NCBI GenBank assembly: GCA_051362555.1 | Contig: CM120640.1 | Coordinates: forward strand, 41,084,788 to 41,148,787 | Source: Lingula anatina | Lineage: Eukaryota; Animalia; Brachiopoda | Reading direction: 5' to 3' | Length of the DNA stretch: 64,000 bases | Shown here: positions 49,601-63,569 of the stretch, piece after piece | Layout: every line of letters begins with the position of its first letter | Position numbering within the stretch: position 1 is the first letter of the stretch | The notes under the pieces: generated by a model | Databases searched by the model: none | The model's input: only the letters and a program-made list of their open reading frames with translations | What the model was told of the DNA's origin: nothing | Made by a program: the position numbers and the translations under genes

Positions 49601-51636
49601 TGACAGTACGGCCTTCAGCTGTTGTTTATTCATGGAAAATATGAAACTAACAACTTCAGCAGTAGTTGTGCTAGAGACTGCAAATATTAAAACCCCCGTT
49701 TGTGTCTCTCCTCACTGGGGTTCATTCATGGGACTTGGGCTTATCGCAAACATCTTGTCAACAACCAACATCAACCTACATAGCAAGACTGGCCAAATTT
49801 TATCATGACCTATTGATCTGCAAATGATTTGTTCTATCTTTGTTTGCGAAAATTAGTTTTGTGGTTATTTGTGGAAGTATTAGAGTTCTTTATCTTTAAA
49901 ACTTGAGAGGCACTGTCAAGCACTTCTGGTTGATACAACTGTTTTTTGTACTTTCTAGTATTTTTTGACTGATAGCAATAACTTCTTAATCTTAATGGAA
50001 ATTGTGTTATTGGTTTTGAATTTAAAATCTGAAACATAAAAAAAATAATTGTATAAATGCACTTGTAACTTTTTAGAGTTTCTTCTCGCTCTGCAACTTA
50101 AAGGACAAGGGTTTTCAATGGTTTCCTGTGTTGATGCCACTATTCTATGGCTTGTTACTAGTGGCTGGAGGAATTGAAGTAGTTCTATTTTCTGTAGAGG
50201 TGATAGTATTATGTAGCTTATTTAATCAGTGACTGAGCACTATTTTAGAAGAAATGGTCTGGAGGGTAAGAAAAGTGTGATTTTAGTGCTGGCCAGTGAT
50301 TTCATAATATTGCAAATGCAATTGGAGCTGGGCTATTTCTTGTGAAGTTGTTTGTGTAGTGTAGTTGACTAAAAGGAACAATGTAACTGCCATGATTATA
50401 CAATTCTGATGCCTTTTATCTCAGCTGATCTCTCAGATAGGTCAGAGGTGAGACAGCAGTTGTCTAGGTTTTCACTATTGTTGCATCCACTGGCAGGGAT
50501 TCATTTACTGTCAGCTAATTTGGAATTTAGGCTAAATAAATGTTAACCTTTTCAAAGAAAAAAATGCACCTTGAAGAAAGTATCAGTGGGTTAATCTTGC
50601 TTTTGGGCATTTTAGGCAGAAATTGAATAATATGGGATGAAATTGACACTATTGTCGGTTTCTTTTTTTTTTCTGATGGTTTTTTTTTTTCAGTGGTATG
50701 TGAATACCTTTCCATGACTGTGTGAGGGAAGGTGTTAAACGTGCATGTATCCAGTAATAAGGCAGCCTTTTGGCTAGAGACACAGACATCTAATGGGCAT
50801 CGTGTCTGCAGTTTGCTAAAATGAACTCATGCCATCTTAAAAAGATTGTTTTTGTCTGCATGTAGAATTGATTTGGAATGGTGGGCTATCATTATCCTCA
50901 CTGCCAAAATTGAGTACGGCATTATAAAAAGAAATGGAAAGCATTTAATGCATCTTAAAAGATCATTACGTTTCCAGCAGGAGCTATTTTGAAAACTTAA
51001 TACTACAGCTTTGTCAACAAGGTGGACAAATTCTATCCATGTATTTGCCAAATGAACCCGATATGTAATCAACAATGTTTTTAGGAAGGGAATTGCATTT
51101 AGCCAATCAAAACAACGCACCCAGGATCAGATTTTAACTTGGTTATATTGACTTGTGGTTTACATAGGTAATGTTCTCAATTTTGTATTTAGTTAGGGAA
51201 AGTATTCTCAATTTTCTATTTAGCTAGTGACTTAGGGTGTGTAGAATAGATCAAAGGACCCTGGACAAGTGACACAACTGTGTTTAAGTAGTGAAGGGCA
51301 TTTTCTGTCCAGGTGCCACAGATCATTTAGGAAACTCTTTCCAATTTAAGATATTTGGATAAATATATAAATATGTTTAAAGATACTTAAGTCATAACTT
51401 ATGAAATAAAATATCTGAAGCTACTTAGACAGGCTCCACCTGCTGCAAGATAATCAGATGTTAATCATTGGCAAGTCTATCATTACCTCATTATCTGTTT
51501 TTCATCATAATTGATGGGGAGATCAGAAGTTATATTTGGCTGAATATTTTTGCTGTATTCTAATTTCAACGTATTCATGAAACTGGAGGTTGATGGTGTT
51601 TTGTATTGGGAACGAGAAGTACTTTCTATTCACTAA

Positions 51637-51862
51637 GGCTCCGCTCACATGAAAAGTCTATTTTCTATAAAATCTATTTTCTATTCGCGGTATCTTGTGA
51701 TCACGGTCTGTGCCCTGAATACCCCGCGGCGTAATTACTGGCAGCGCGAGCCAGTTACTTCCAAAGCTGTAATTAATTCTTGGCAGTGCTCAGAGTGATC
51801 ACAAGATACCGTGAATAGAAAATAGATTTTTAGAAAAATAGATTTTTCATTTGAACGGGGTC
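51637..51862. mobile_element. Tourist/Harbinger-type MITE, TAA TSD
   Basis: ~75-bp imperfect TIRs (GGCTCCGCTCACATGAAAA... / ...TTTTCATTTGAACGGGGTC); TAA on both sides. Confidence 0.88.
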
Positions 51863-54800
51863 TAATAGATAAAAATACAGTGGTGAAGACTGTTAACTGG
51901 CATAAGTGAGATATTGCATCCATTAAATTCTGCTTAAAGCAGCTCTGCAGGATGTCAACACATCAAGCATACTCCTTACCTATGATGTAAACCAATTTTG
52001 TGTTTTCTAGGTAAATGTGTTTACTCTGATAATTCAATACAGCTTGATACACATCTCCCAAAGTACACTGACCAGAACTCTAAAGAGACCAGAAACATTA
52101 CCGTCTGCTCTGGGCAAAATTTAAGTGAGGTCTCCTCCAACTTATTTATTCTATTTCTTTGCAAACATTTGATGCATGGTTTAGTGGGGAAACAATAATG
52201 TTTGCCCGTTCCCAAGAACCCATATTGTCTATGTGAAGCAAGATCAATGTGCCTCGGTAATTAGCTGTCCTTTGCTCGGTATTACATAGGATGTTGGGGA
52301 CCACAGGCTGTTGTGCTAAGATAAATGATGTCAAATTACAAAGCAGAATGGTGATGATTTGCCTGTAGACAACAATGCTGGTTGGTCTCATGGTGTATTC
52401 ACATGTGGAGACTTGGAAGTCTCCTCATTAGTATGTTGACCTGTCTTGGCTCCTGATGAGGACAAGTACTGATAGTTTCACCTGTCTGTGCTAAGCATGC
52501 CCAAAGGCCCATTCACAAAGACCAGGTACTTGCTTGACTCCATTGCATACTGGTTTCTTTTGACCCTCTGTTAGATCCGTGTATTGATTAAACCAGGCTT
52601 ATCTGCTCTCTGTTTGAAGTGCCCCCATTACACTCAGCATGATTTTTATTATGAGGGAAAACGGCAATATCTCTTATGTGTATGCAGATTTTCAATTAAG
52701 GAAAGTAAAGCATGAAAGGGAACATGACATCTAAGCCTAAAAATGTAACAAAAAATGGCTTTCAGTTGGTTAAATATTGTAGATGGGACTACACCTGCTG
52801 AATTCAAACACGAATGTCTCTTTTGACTTGTTTCTCTGGGAGGTGATGATAGCGTTGCTGTATTGGATATGACAGTGGCGTTGAGGTGTGAGGAGTAGAC
52901 ATCGTTGTGGGATATTCAATTAGTAACCTGCGCTATCTTATCTTACTGTGAAAAACGGGCAGCCTGCAGACCAACACAAAGACCTGGGCTGCTTGGCATG
53001 CTTGATAATTATCAAGAATTCCTTCATGCTGTGCTAGTTATAGAAAATAGACAGAAATGAGAAATTGTCAACAGATGATGACTTAAATGGACTCTGTGGC
53101 ACCCTGGACCTTTTTTGTCATACATTTTTTATTAACGCTTTTTCAATCTTATTATTAAATATCTTTCTTTTTCTTTTATTCTTTTTTTTTTTTTTTTTCC
53201 TGAAAGTTTGATCATCAGATTATTTCACATATTTCTTATTCGGTTCTTTTAAGATGTGATTATTGACCAGAATGCACTGGTAGGTAATATATACTTGGTT
53301 ACTGGTAGTGCTAGGGAGTCTAGAGGCTTAATGTCCACTTCACTTTTCAGACTTTTTAATGAGTGTCTGGTATTCCTGCGTGTGTCCACACCCCTTGTGC
53401 CAGATCTTCAGATAAGCTTTCTATAAACTTGTACAGTCAAGCTGTTAGCACTGAGAAAGTTATTATTTTACATCCTTGGTCATGCAGTCATACAGAAGCA
53501 CTGCCACTATCTATAAATATTTATTGGTTCAAGTAGTGCAGGAGTTTAACAATCCTAGGACAGTTGAATGCCAGCCAGGTTCTTGTGACAGCTGAAGTAC
53601 TGGCATATCTCGATTACTAGCAATATTCCTTTATGAATATGAACTTTACTTGTAACAAACTACTAGCACCATGATATTTAGAATAAGTATAAAAAATGAC
53701 CCCTAATGATTATTTAAAAAAAAAAAGAAGCTAAGGGTCAGATTCCCCAGACGACCCTCCATGACAAGGCATACTTGTCTATTTGTTAACGGCATTCTAT
53801 CATATGATAACAGATAAGCCCTATCATTGTAATTCTTGAATCAACACCCAAGTGAGAGCCATAGCTTGCACTAATCCCTTCCCTAGTGGGTTATCAATAC
53901 AGTCCAGTCTGATTGATACAGCCATGCACCTGATATTGGCAGGGATGGATGGCCTGCATGACAGCACATTATTCTAGCTTTCTTTTTCACAGAGGCTAAT
54001 TGTTGAGCACCTGGGCATCCCCTGGGGACAGGGTGATGGGTGAATTAATTGCTGACAGTGTGGTGTAAGGTTATGGAGACAAGAGCAGGATTATGCAGGA
54101 ACATGGCAGACCTGGGTCAAACTTGCTCTATTGGATTTCTTTTGAAGAAAATTTAGATATAAGTGTAGTGTTTGTGTGGATTTTAATTTCTTTTTTTTTT
54201 TTAAATAATTTTGAGACAAGTTTTCCATAGAATCGCGTATAAAGGTTTTAAGAGTTGAAGAAAGCAATTGCATAAGTGAGCGGGAGGTCTCTTGTACTCT
54301 CTTGGGAAGTCTATTTCATTTGAATGATTGCTTTATGATTATAATTTATTGGCTGACCGGTATAATTAATTGCTGCTTGTTTTCTCCTCTCCTGTCCAGG
54401 TGTAATCAGTAAAACACATCAAAGTGACCAAAGCAAGTGTTTGTGTGACTGGGGCCATTAAAAAACCAAGGGGTGTTAGTGAACGGCACCTTAGAGATGT
54501 GATAAGGCATCCTCAGGTCTTCATCCTCAGCCTGGTTTTGTGTATAAGAGAATTTAAAATTCTAGTATTTTTATTAAAAGATATACAAGTTGTGATGATG
54601 GCTACATTCACTTCTAGACCAAATTAGACCAAAAATAGTTCAAGTAGTATTAACAGGTGACTAGAATGCTTTTGATGGGGTTTCAATGTTCAAAGCATGA
54701 TGGTCCCTGTGCAATCTGGTTGTCTGAAGTTTCAGACCATAGAGTCTAAGTTAGTCCAGTTGTAAATATGGCTTATAAAGAAGGGTGGCACTTACCTAGC

Positions 54801-57800
54801 AGGGATTATTCCATTAAATTTTGAATGATTACCCACGCCAAAGAAATCATGACATGTTTTGTCTGAGGGCTACATGAGAAATGTGGCATTTATTAAACTC
54901 GACAGAATGCTCTGAGGTATATGCATGGTAAAGTTAGTAACTTTCAGCAAGCAGCAGCATTTGTATGCATTTTACTGCCTGTTGAGTAGTTTTACTAAGT
55001 AACCTAGTCGGGTCATTTTGAAAAAAAAAATTCTACCTTTTCAAAGAAATCTGAGAGGAGCAAGCAGCTGACTAATGTGCAATGTGCAAGTGAAGAAGTC
55101 TTTCAAAGGCTAATTCTGTGCGTTTTATTTCCTCTGGGGTAACGGAGGTAGATTGATTGGAGTTTGAATGGGTATTTATGCACAGAACCTAGTTGACTGT
55201 GTATAAATAAGCATACAAACCTCAGGGCTCATTGATTCTATACAAGCAATCAACCCTGAGGTTTTTGGACTGAAACGTAAACAAAACATAATGCACTGGT
55301 GCACCCCAGTTTATTTTTGTTCATTTTAAAGAGCCTTAAAATTGTGGTGAAAGTTTCTTAGTTCATATGTATTCAGCCTTTTTTTCCTTTCATAGTGTTC
55401 ATCGTTTAGGACTTTCAGTTTGCAAGGCCGTTTTTGAAAGGTTGACTGACAGACTTCACACGTGCACCAGAAAGATGGTGTGAGGAATTTCAATTAGACT
55501 CATGAGATTACACTAAGTAACATCGGGGTATAATGCAATGTAGCATGTAAATGATCAATTCCCCTCCCATCCCAGCCTGCCCACTATTGGTAGAACATGT
55601 GTATTGTTTTGTACAATTTGGGGATTTGTATGTTCTGTTCAGAATTGTGTTTGGACAAAGTCATAGAAATGCCATAAAGCTGCTGTTTTTACCCTTTTTA
55701 ATTTAAACCTTCTTTGAACTTGCAAATGGCACTATTAAGGCAGGAAAGCAGCAGAAATCCTATCTCTGGCATTAGCTGATGGAGGAACAGTCAAAGCAAA
55801 GATGCACTGTTGAACACAAAACTATATCTAAAGCATAGATGGCTGACTGTGTGGAAATATGCAAAACAAGAATAGATCTTTGTTCTGGGATAAGTTTCCA
55901 AAAAGCAGCTTGTGTGTGTGTACATTGCTCTTAATCACTCATCTTCTATCAAACTGCCCAGCACTAGAGCATACCAGCCCAAAACATGTCCCAAATAACA
56001 TGGAGGATATTGTATTTGTGCCCTTTGAAGTCTGCAAGCTGTGTGTAACTTTATGATCTGCTTTGCATAATAACCATTGTCTTTTTTAAAATGGATATTA
56101 TTACAGTCTAATGTGTCTGAGCTTTCCTGTCAACTTACTCTGAATGTTCTGTCAACACGTTACCTCCTTGAGACTCTCATGTCTCTTTACTTCTAGGATG
56201 TTTTTCATTGAAGGTTTAGTATATAGGAACACAATGAGGTACTGTGTAGTTGAAGGATGTTGAACAGAGCTACAGTTTTACGTGTAATTTATAGTTATTA
56301 ACGTGTTATTCTACCAGGAACTTAACTGTTTTCCATGCTTGAGGCTGATGGAAGTGTGTTTTGCTCTCTTTTCCTTTCTTTCCTTTTTTTGGTTCTTTTG
56401 TATGTTATGATTCTGGGCTTGGGGGGGAGCATTTTAAAGGAAGTTCACTAAGTTCAGTGGAATGTAAATATTTCAAGAAAAATGCTGAAAGGAAATTGCC
56501 TATCTAATCTACTTTTGAATTTGTGGAATTGCAGTGTGCAGTTTGGGTGTGAAGGTAGTTGTCAGGAAATGTCCCATAGCTGAACTCATTTTGTAATCAT
56601 GTCAGTATTGACATTTAAGAAAATTGATATTTTTTGCAACAGAAGTACATCAGTGCATTGGAGTTAGTAAAATGTTAATAGGAAAAGAATGTTACTATAG
56701 AGCTTGAGGGGGAAAAACTTATTTTTTCCTGCTTTATTTGAAAAAACTGACTGACTGTATCAAATGCTGATGACTGCCTTGCCATTTAGTGGATGTTGAG
56801 AGTGCCAAAGAAAAAAAGACAACTTTTTGTATCCAACTTTTGTTAAATAGCAAAAACCACATGAATGCATCATGCGATATGATATTAGAATGTATTACAT
56901 GTATGAGGACTTGTCATAAATCAGACAACACATGAACCCCAAGCCATTTTGTGGTAGTTGTGGTTTTTGGGATAAGTTATCAGTATCTTTTACCGACCAC
57001 TGATGTGTCACATATATTTCTATTATTCCTGTATAACATGTTAAATGGCCAGGAGGCTAAGTTCGGTTTTCATTCTTAAGGTGATGTATTTCCTAGTTCA
57101 AATAGAGAAAATGTGAGAAGCAGAAGATTTTTATCTTCTAACGAACATGCTTTCTATTGAAAGAAATATCCCACCATAAGAATCATTTTCAACCTGAGAA
57201 TATCCAGTGTTGTTGTTTTTCCCCCTTAAGAAGCAACCGAAAGTTGCTTTCTATTTTCTTTCCTAATAAGATAATTCACCATGATTTTGATGAAATTCCA
57301 CTAGAATATAACCAGGTGTTTTTCCTCACAGGTGCGTCACTACTTTCTGGCAGATTTGAATCTTGCAACTCTTCCAAGCACTACATGGGTTAAATGTACT
57401 GTAGAATACCGTGAAACACATGCTCTTTCATCCAACAACTTTGTGTTCACATTTTTGCAATGTAGTGCTTAATGGTTCGCAAGAGTCAAAGGCCAAAGCT
57501 GCTGAAGATGAGAGGCCAAAAATGAGAAAACTAATTTGTATCATATGTCTTACATTTATCTGTGGCAAGCAAGCAATAAAGAAATCAAAGAAGAAAGAAT
57601 GTATATACGCTGTACCTTTTTTCATTTTTATTATTTTTGTTAGTCCCTTATTTGGCCTTAATATTCATTGAATAATCCAGTTCTTACATATCCACTATGG
57701 AATATCAATCTGGGTTGAACATGTAAGCATGAACAGTCAACTTTTCTCTCAGTGTTGAGAAGATTGGTCTATAAAAAGCCTAGTACAGGTACAGACAGAA

Positions 57801-60800
57801 GACTCGTTTCCAGTTCATTTCAATGACTTAACTTAGAACCATACTATCTCAGTAGGCCATGTTAACGCACTTCTTTACCCCAAGAAGCCTATATCATCTC
57901 TCAAAATCTTGTTTATCAGCTCATTATCTGCCATTGTAATTGAATCAATACAAGTTGCTTCTCTAGGCCACAGATGAGGAAGATAAGAAATCTTGGGTAC
58001 AGTTTGTTGAGGCAGGACTGTACTAAGTTAAGTGGAAACAACTGTACCCTAAATGTGCTGAAGTTGCATCGTAGTCGTAAGTCAGAGTTGATTGTGGTGA
58101 GTTGCAAGGCAGACATACACGTGCACTGTTCCAAACTAGTTGTGAGTAGAATTGGAAGTTAATGTTGCAGAAATTACACAGGCTGGATGGATGTGTGGCA
58201 ACCTAGATCTCCCCCTCTATATTTAGATTTGAATGTTGGATGTTTTGTTTTTTTTTTCTATGAGAATGCTAAATTGAGTAACATGTAGATGTGTGAAAAA
58301 ACTTTTATGAAACTAAAGCTTTTTTCACATTTTATTTTTGGTATTGGATAGAAAAAAATACAGAAATACTCAACAGAACTTCAGGAACACTTGATTACAA
58401 TAATAGAACCAGAATATTTGCAGAAGAGCCCTATGAAAGGAACCAAGAAATGTACCACAAGTTTTAAGTGGTGAACCCTGGTAACCTCTTCAATGAACTG
58501 CAGGATGTGGCAGCTACTAAGAGGGTGAAGTCACATCATCACCTACTCCATCTTGATGGCTTTCAAGGAGAGTCCCTAACACAAACTAAAGATTTGAGAG
58601 GACATTACAAAAACAGTAAATCAAAAAGCACACACTCATGTTTTCACAGTTTAAGAACACATATCATGCACGGATGACTTTATTTAATTACATATAAAAA
58701 ACTTGGGAGGAGATTTGGATTAAGGATATTGCTCTCGCACTGTGTTGACAAAAAAGGAATATGAAGAAAAGAAGCACAAAAAATAGCACTTAGTCAAACA
58801 AAGTGATATACAATACATACTTGGCATCAAAAGAAAATGGCATAATTGTTTGAGTCACTTTCATTATCAAGAAAAAAAGTGTCCACCCCAAATAATTGAT
58901 GTGTCTGAACGTTAAATATGTGTTTCCTGTATCTACCAAACACTTCTGAAGTAATTCAGTAGAAAGGATTTGGAAGTGCATTTGCATGTTGAAACATATA
59001 GCAGTAGAAGTAGGGTGTGTGTCTTGTTGTTTCATAACCAAATTGGTATAAGTACGATTGCTCTGTTGTCTGTTGGTATGTTGTTGGTATGTTGGTATGA
59101 AGACGGGCATCACTTGGCACTGTTTCTTTATGTTTTTCTGATGCAGTGGTTTCCCACTGAGGACCCATTGCTGTATTTGCACTGGTATACAGGGCTCTCC
59201 TACCAGCTGTTCTTTTAAATGTGGAAGTGTCAGTGAATACAATGTTCTCAGCATGGAAATACCTCCAGTCTAATTGCTTTTTCTAAGTGTACAAATATTT
59301 TAATGTATTTTGCCCAGAAGTAGTGTACTTTTAGAAAAACAAAGTTTGCTTTTGAGCTGGGTCAGGGAGGTTCTCTAATCAAAACCATCTCCAAGTACAG
59401 GTCCATTACCCATTCACATTCATTTCTGATCCCATATTATCACTTCCTAACCAGATATCCTAACAGCCACTAATAAATAATTCATTCATAAATATATATA
59501 TTTGTGCTGTGTTTGATCACATATGGTGACAGTGTGTTGAGTGTTTTAGGTAGGTTATCACTGAAAGGTGTGTAGAGAGTTCTGGTGGTCGGGTAGGTGT
59601 TTGCTTTCCCTTGTGGCCAATCCCTGTCCCTTTGTGACTGTCACAACTGGGGACCAGAGGTTTAAAAAGAAGTCTTTAATAAAATTTGAAATATCTGCAG
59701 GGGAATTTTTATGGACCAATCCCAAACCTGGGTGACCCTTGCTTTGGATAAGAATAGAAGGAAAAATGTGTTATCAAATTGAAAAAAAAGAAAAAGAATA
59801 GAAAGAAAAATGTGCAATTTTATGGAAGATAGAATTTGATAAGCATACACAAAGGTGAGTATAATGTAAAAATCAGAATTTAGTTTGAAGAAAATAAAAT
59901 CAAGTTAAGTGATTGAAAATGTCTCTTGAATATATGAAAATGTGCTGTTCCATCATTGTGTAGCGTGGTGTGCCTGGAGGACCTGGTGCGTGTGGAGACT
60001 GTTATCAAGGATGTACAAATAATTGCCAGAAAGCTTGGACGCTTGTCAAGAAAACATGTCCTAGAAATAGTCCCCCTCTTGGACATGTTTGTCAGCTTTC
60101 TTTCCCCATTCAGACTGGAGAGAAAAATGTGTCCAAACCGCAAAAGTGCCATTGCTAGGGCTGAAAAGCCTCCCAGATTTTGAACTGATAAAGAAACTTG
60201 GTATGCGCTGTTTTGAAAACTGATGTAATATTTTTATTATCATAAATACCAAATCAAATTTAATGTACTTGACGCCTTTTAGTGTCTGTTTGCATAGCTC
60301 ATTCAGTTAGTGCATTTTAAGAAGCAGAGATTGGAGTGAATTTAAAGTCATGATAGTAGGATCAGTATCATATGTCGTTGTACAATCACAAATGTAGTGA
60401 TAGCGACTACAAAGACTAGATCATTGCGTTCATACTTTTTTTTTTTTGCTGAAAGAGAATCAAAACACATACCCATAAAGTTCATGTGTTTTAAAAAAGA
60501 CAATGAACATGCAATAATCCCATTTATGATGTGACATTTTGTAAGTTGGGAGAAACTTCAGGCCCTCAAGTGACTAAGGCCAGTAAAACGTGTCACTTAA
60601 AAGACTGCAGTAACAGAGAAATTTAAACTTATTTTTCAAGATTATTTGCACATATTTTTAGGAAAAGACTGAAAGTGTATACTGATTTTGTTAGTCCTTA
60701 AAAAAACTTAGGGGCATTATGTGCGTTATTTGAAAAAAAGAATCAAGATGTTGAAAGATTTTTGAGGAAGTAGTCCTGTCTACCTGTATTGTCTGTGAAC

Positions 60801-63345
60801 ACTCATCCTTGTGTACAAGTTGCCATCCAGAGTCCTGGGGCTGATTTTTGCAATAAAATTCAATGGTATTTTTGTATTGCTTTCTAAAACAACTTTCCCT
60901 GCATGTAAAATTTCACCTTTATTGCTAAAAGGTTTATCCCACCTGGATTTTCACATATTTTCTAGACTCATATAATGTCACATGGTGCTGTGCTGGCAGC
61001 CTTCAATTTTGGCTATACCCGGTGATTTCGATTTGGTATCAAGTTTGAATGTAAAGTACTATAGTCCCTTCAGATTAAACATTACGTCTTTCTTTTAAGT
61101 GGGCTACTACAGGTTAAAGGTAAAAGGTGAAAATTCAAAACTTTGATCTTATAGTTAGGGCCAATTATCTGTCTGATGTTCTCATGTGAAACCATCCTTT
61201 GGTTTATCTCTGTATATTAATAAGTCCACTAGAGGACCAACTTGGAGAATTGTCACACTTGATGGAGGTCCCCAATGTTGTGACACGGCACTGGACAGAC
61301 AGACTCTGTCAATATACATACGTGGTCAGTCAAATATTGCCCGTCACCTCCAGCAGCCAGGCACTCGCTGAGTGAGCGTGACTTGGTGGAGATTCTGGCC
61401 ATCTGACACCTGAGTGCCAAGTACCTGTAATTTGTCATTCATTCAACGCGGCTTGGCTCAGGCTGCAGGATATGAATACGGTCAGTTGACCAGGTGGTCA
61501 GGTGGTCAGTTTGTCATTTAGCTGGGTGGCCAGGTGAAACAATCAATTACCCAAGGCTGACATGCTATTGATGTTTACTGTACTAACGGATTTAATGAAG
61601 ATAATGTTGCCTTATTCTGATAAGTTTGCTGATAAGTACTGGCTTAGGCTAAGATAATATTGGTAATTTTGCCAATAATATTTCAGAAGAAATTGGTCTG
61701 TGAAATAATAATGTAGAAGTAGAAGGAACAAGCCCATAGTCAGTAATTTCAAAGGGGTATTCTTTTCCTGAAATAGTGGACCTTTCACAATGAAACCTGC
61801 ATGTACCTGGATCAATTTTTTCCGGGAGTTGACCTTGCTCTGGCAAAAAGGGTGGTTTGTTTGATACCCCTACCCTCCTGAACACCCCCTGGCTACAGGC
61901 CTTAGAAAACTGGACAGCATCCATCATTGGCCTGTCTTTCAACAAATTTGATTTTTTTCTTCTTTCAAAAAGGGCATGTGTTCATAAGCCTGGATAGTTT
62001 CTTAGGGCCTGTTTGATAGGCGGCTTCCTTGTGTAAGGTACCATAAGGGAGCTGTTGTGGCACGGGTGATGTGGGCATATTGAGGGATTTGTTATGTTGA
62101 AAGATGTTAGTATGTGGATGGAATGCCACTTTTTATGTACTTTTTTCCCTTGGTATTTCCTGTATACAGCAAACAGTACCTCTTCTACAGGTATACATTG
62201 GGGTAATCCTAAACATCGACATGGTTGTGATAAAAAACAGTTTCAAGATCACGAAATACACAGACAGTGCATCTTTGTTTTTTTTTTTCTGCTTTTCTTT
62301 TTTTGAAAAGGAAAAAAAAACAGCGCTCACAACAAATTATATCTTTTCTATATGATTGTTACCTTTTTGTTAAGCTCAGAACAAAGAGAACAGAAGTGAT
62401 TAGGAGAAAGGACAATATATATGTAGATTTTCTTTTTAAGCTTGACTTTTGTTGGCAATATGAGATTCTTTTGTAGAGTTGAGATGTGAACCCTTCAAAA
62501 AAGTTTGAAGTATTCCAGTATAGCTGCCAAAGATGAGTTACAGACTCACCTCTGTACACAGTATATAGTCTCAAGGTGGAGTTGATTAAATAGAAAGTAT
62601 TTCACTCCAAAGATACTCAGGAGAAAAAAGAGAAAAAAATCTTTACATTTGAATGGTTAACTCTAAAAGTAAAATGCATGTAACTTGTTATCAGTTTATG
62701 ATCATTCATGAAAAAATAGAGACAGGTTGTATAATATGTAAGTTTTTCAAAAGTAATGCTCAGTAATAACTTGCATCTTCAGTCATTTTTTGGTTAATTT
62801 AAGACAATAATTATTTCTCAAAATTACTGGTCAAGAGAAGTTTTGCAAACCATACAGTATTGCCTATGTAATTTGCTATTCGTGGTGGACTGTTGACCTT
62901 AAAATGCTTTAAAAAAACATGGATTACAGTCGATTCTACCAAATCAGTGTTGACACCATTAATTTAAAGTGTTGCCACTGTTGAGGTACACACCAATTGA
63001 ACTGAATCAGATAAAGCCTCACATCAAAATAAGCAACAAAAAATTCCCTTTTTTCAGCCAGTTTTTACTAGACCAGAGAATTGGAATTATAGACCAGTTC
63101 AGCAGTAGGGAGACACAATATCACATGATGGTTTGTGTGTGGCCTGAGACCTCTGGTGGTTTTTCCTCAAATTTCTTCCTAACCAAAAATGGGGTTTATC
63201 TTCTTCCATTCTGATGAACTTGTGCAACTTTTTTCTGTTCTTATGTAAGGAGTTGAAGAAATGTGTTGTTTGCTTACAAATTTTATATACCACACCTAAC
63301 ATTTTCAAGATGACCCTCTAGTTTTCCTAGTTATGTATGTGTTAC

Positions 63346-63569
63346 ACCCCATTTCCATAGATTTTTAGATCGATCTTTCCCTGTCGGGAGTCTAACTAGA
63401 TTACTGTCAGCTTGGCCGGCTTAAGCGTCTGTCCCGCCTACTAAAAGCTGTAAGGGGGTAATTAACTATGGTGCCCGCTCGGCTGACTGCAATTTAGCGT
63501 GAACCCCCAGGGATTTAGGTCAATCTAAATCTTAATCTCTAGATTGATCTAAATCTTTGGGAAAGCACC
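63346..63569. mobile_element. MITE family B copy 2
   Basis: High similarity to 47900-48120 over full length; flanks GTTAC / CTTAG (degenerate TSD). Confidence 0.88.

Noticed and set aside
58790-59254. 154-aa minus-strand ORF
   Set aside because: Non-ATG-quality context, low-complexity GTT/GGT-derived sequence, no recognisable domain or splice structure.
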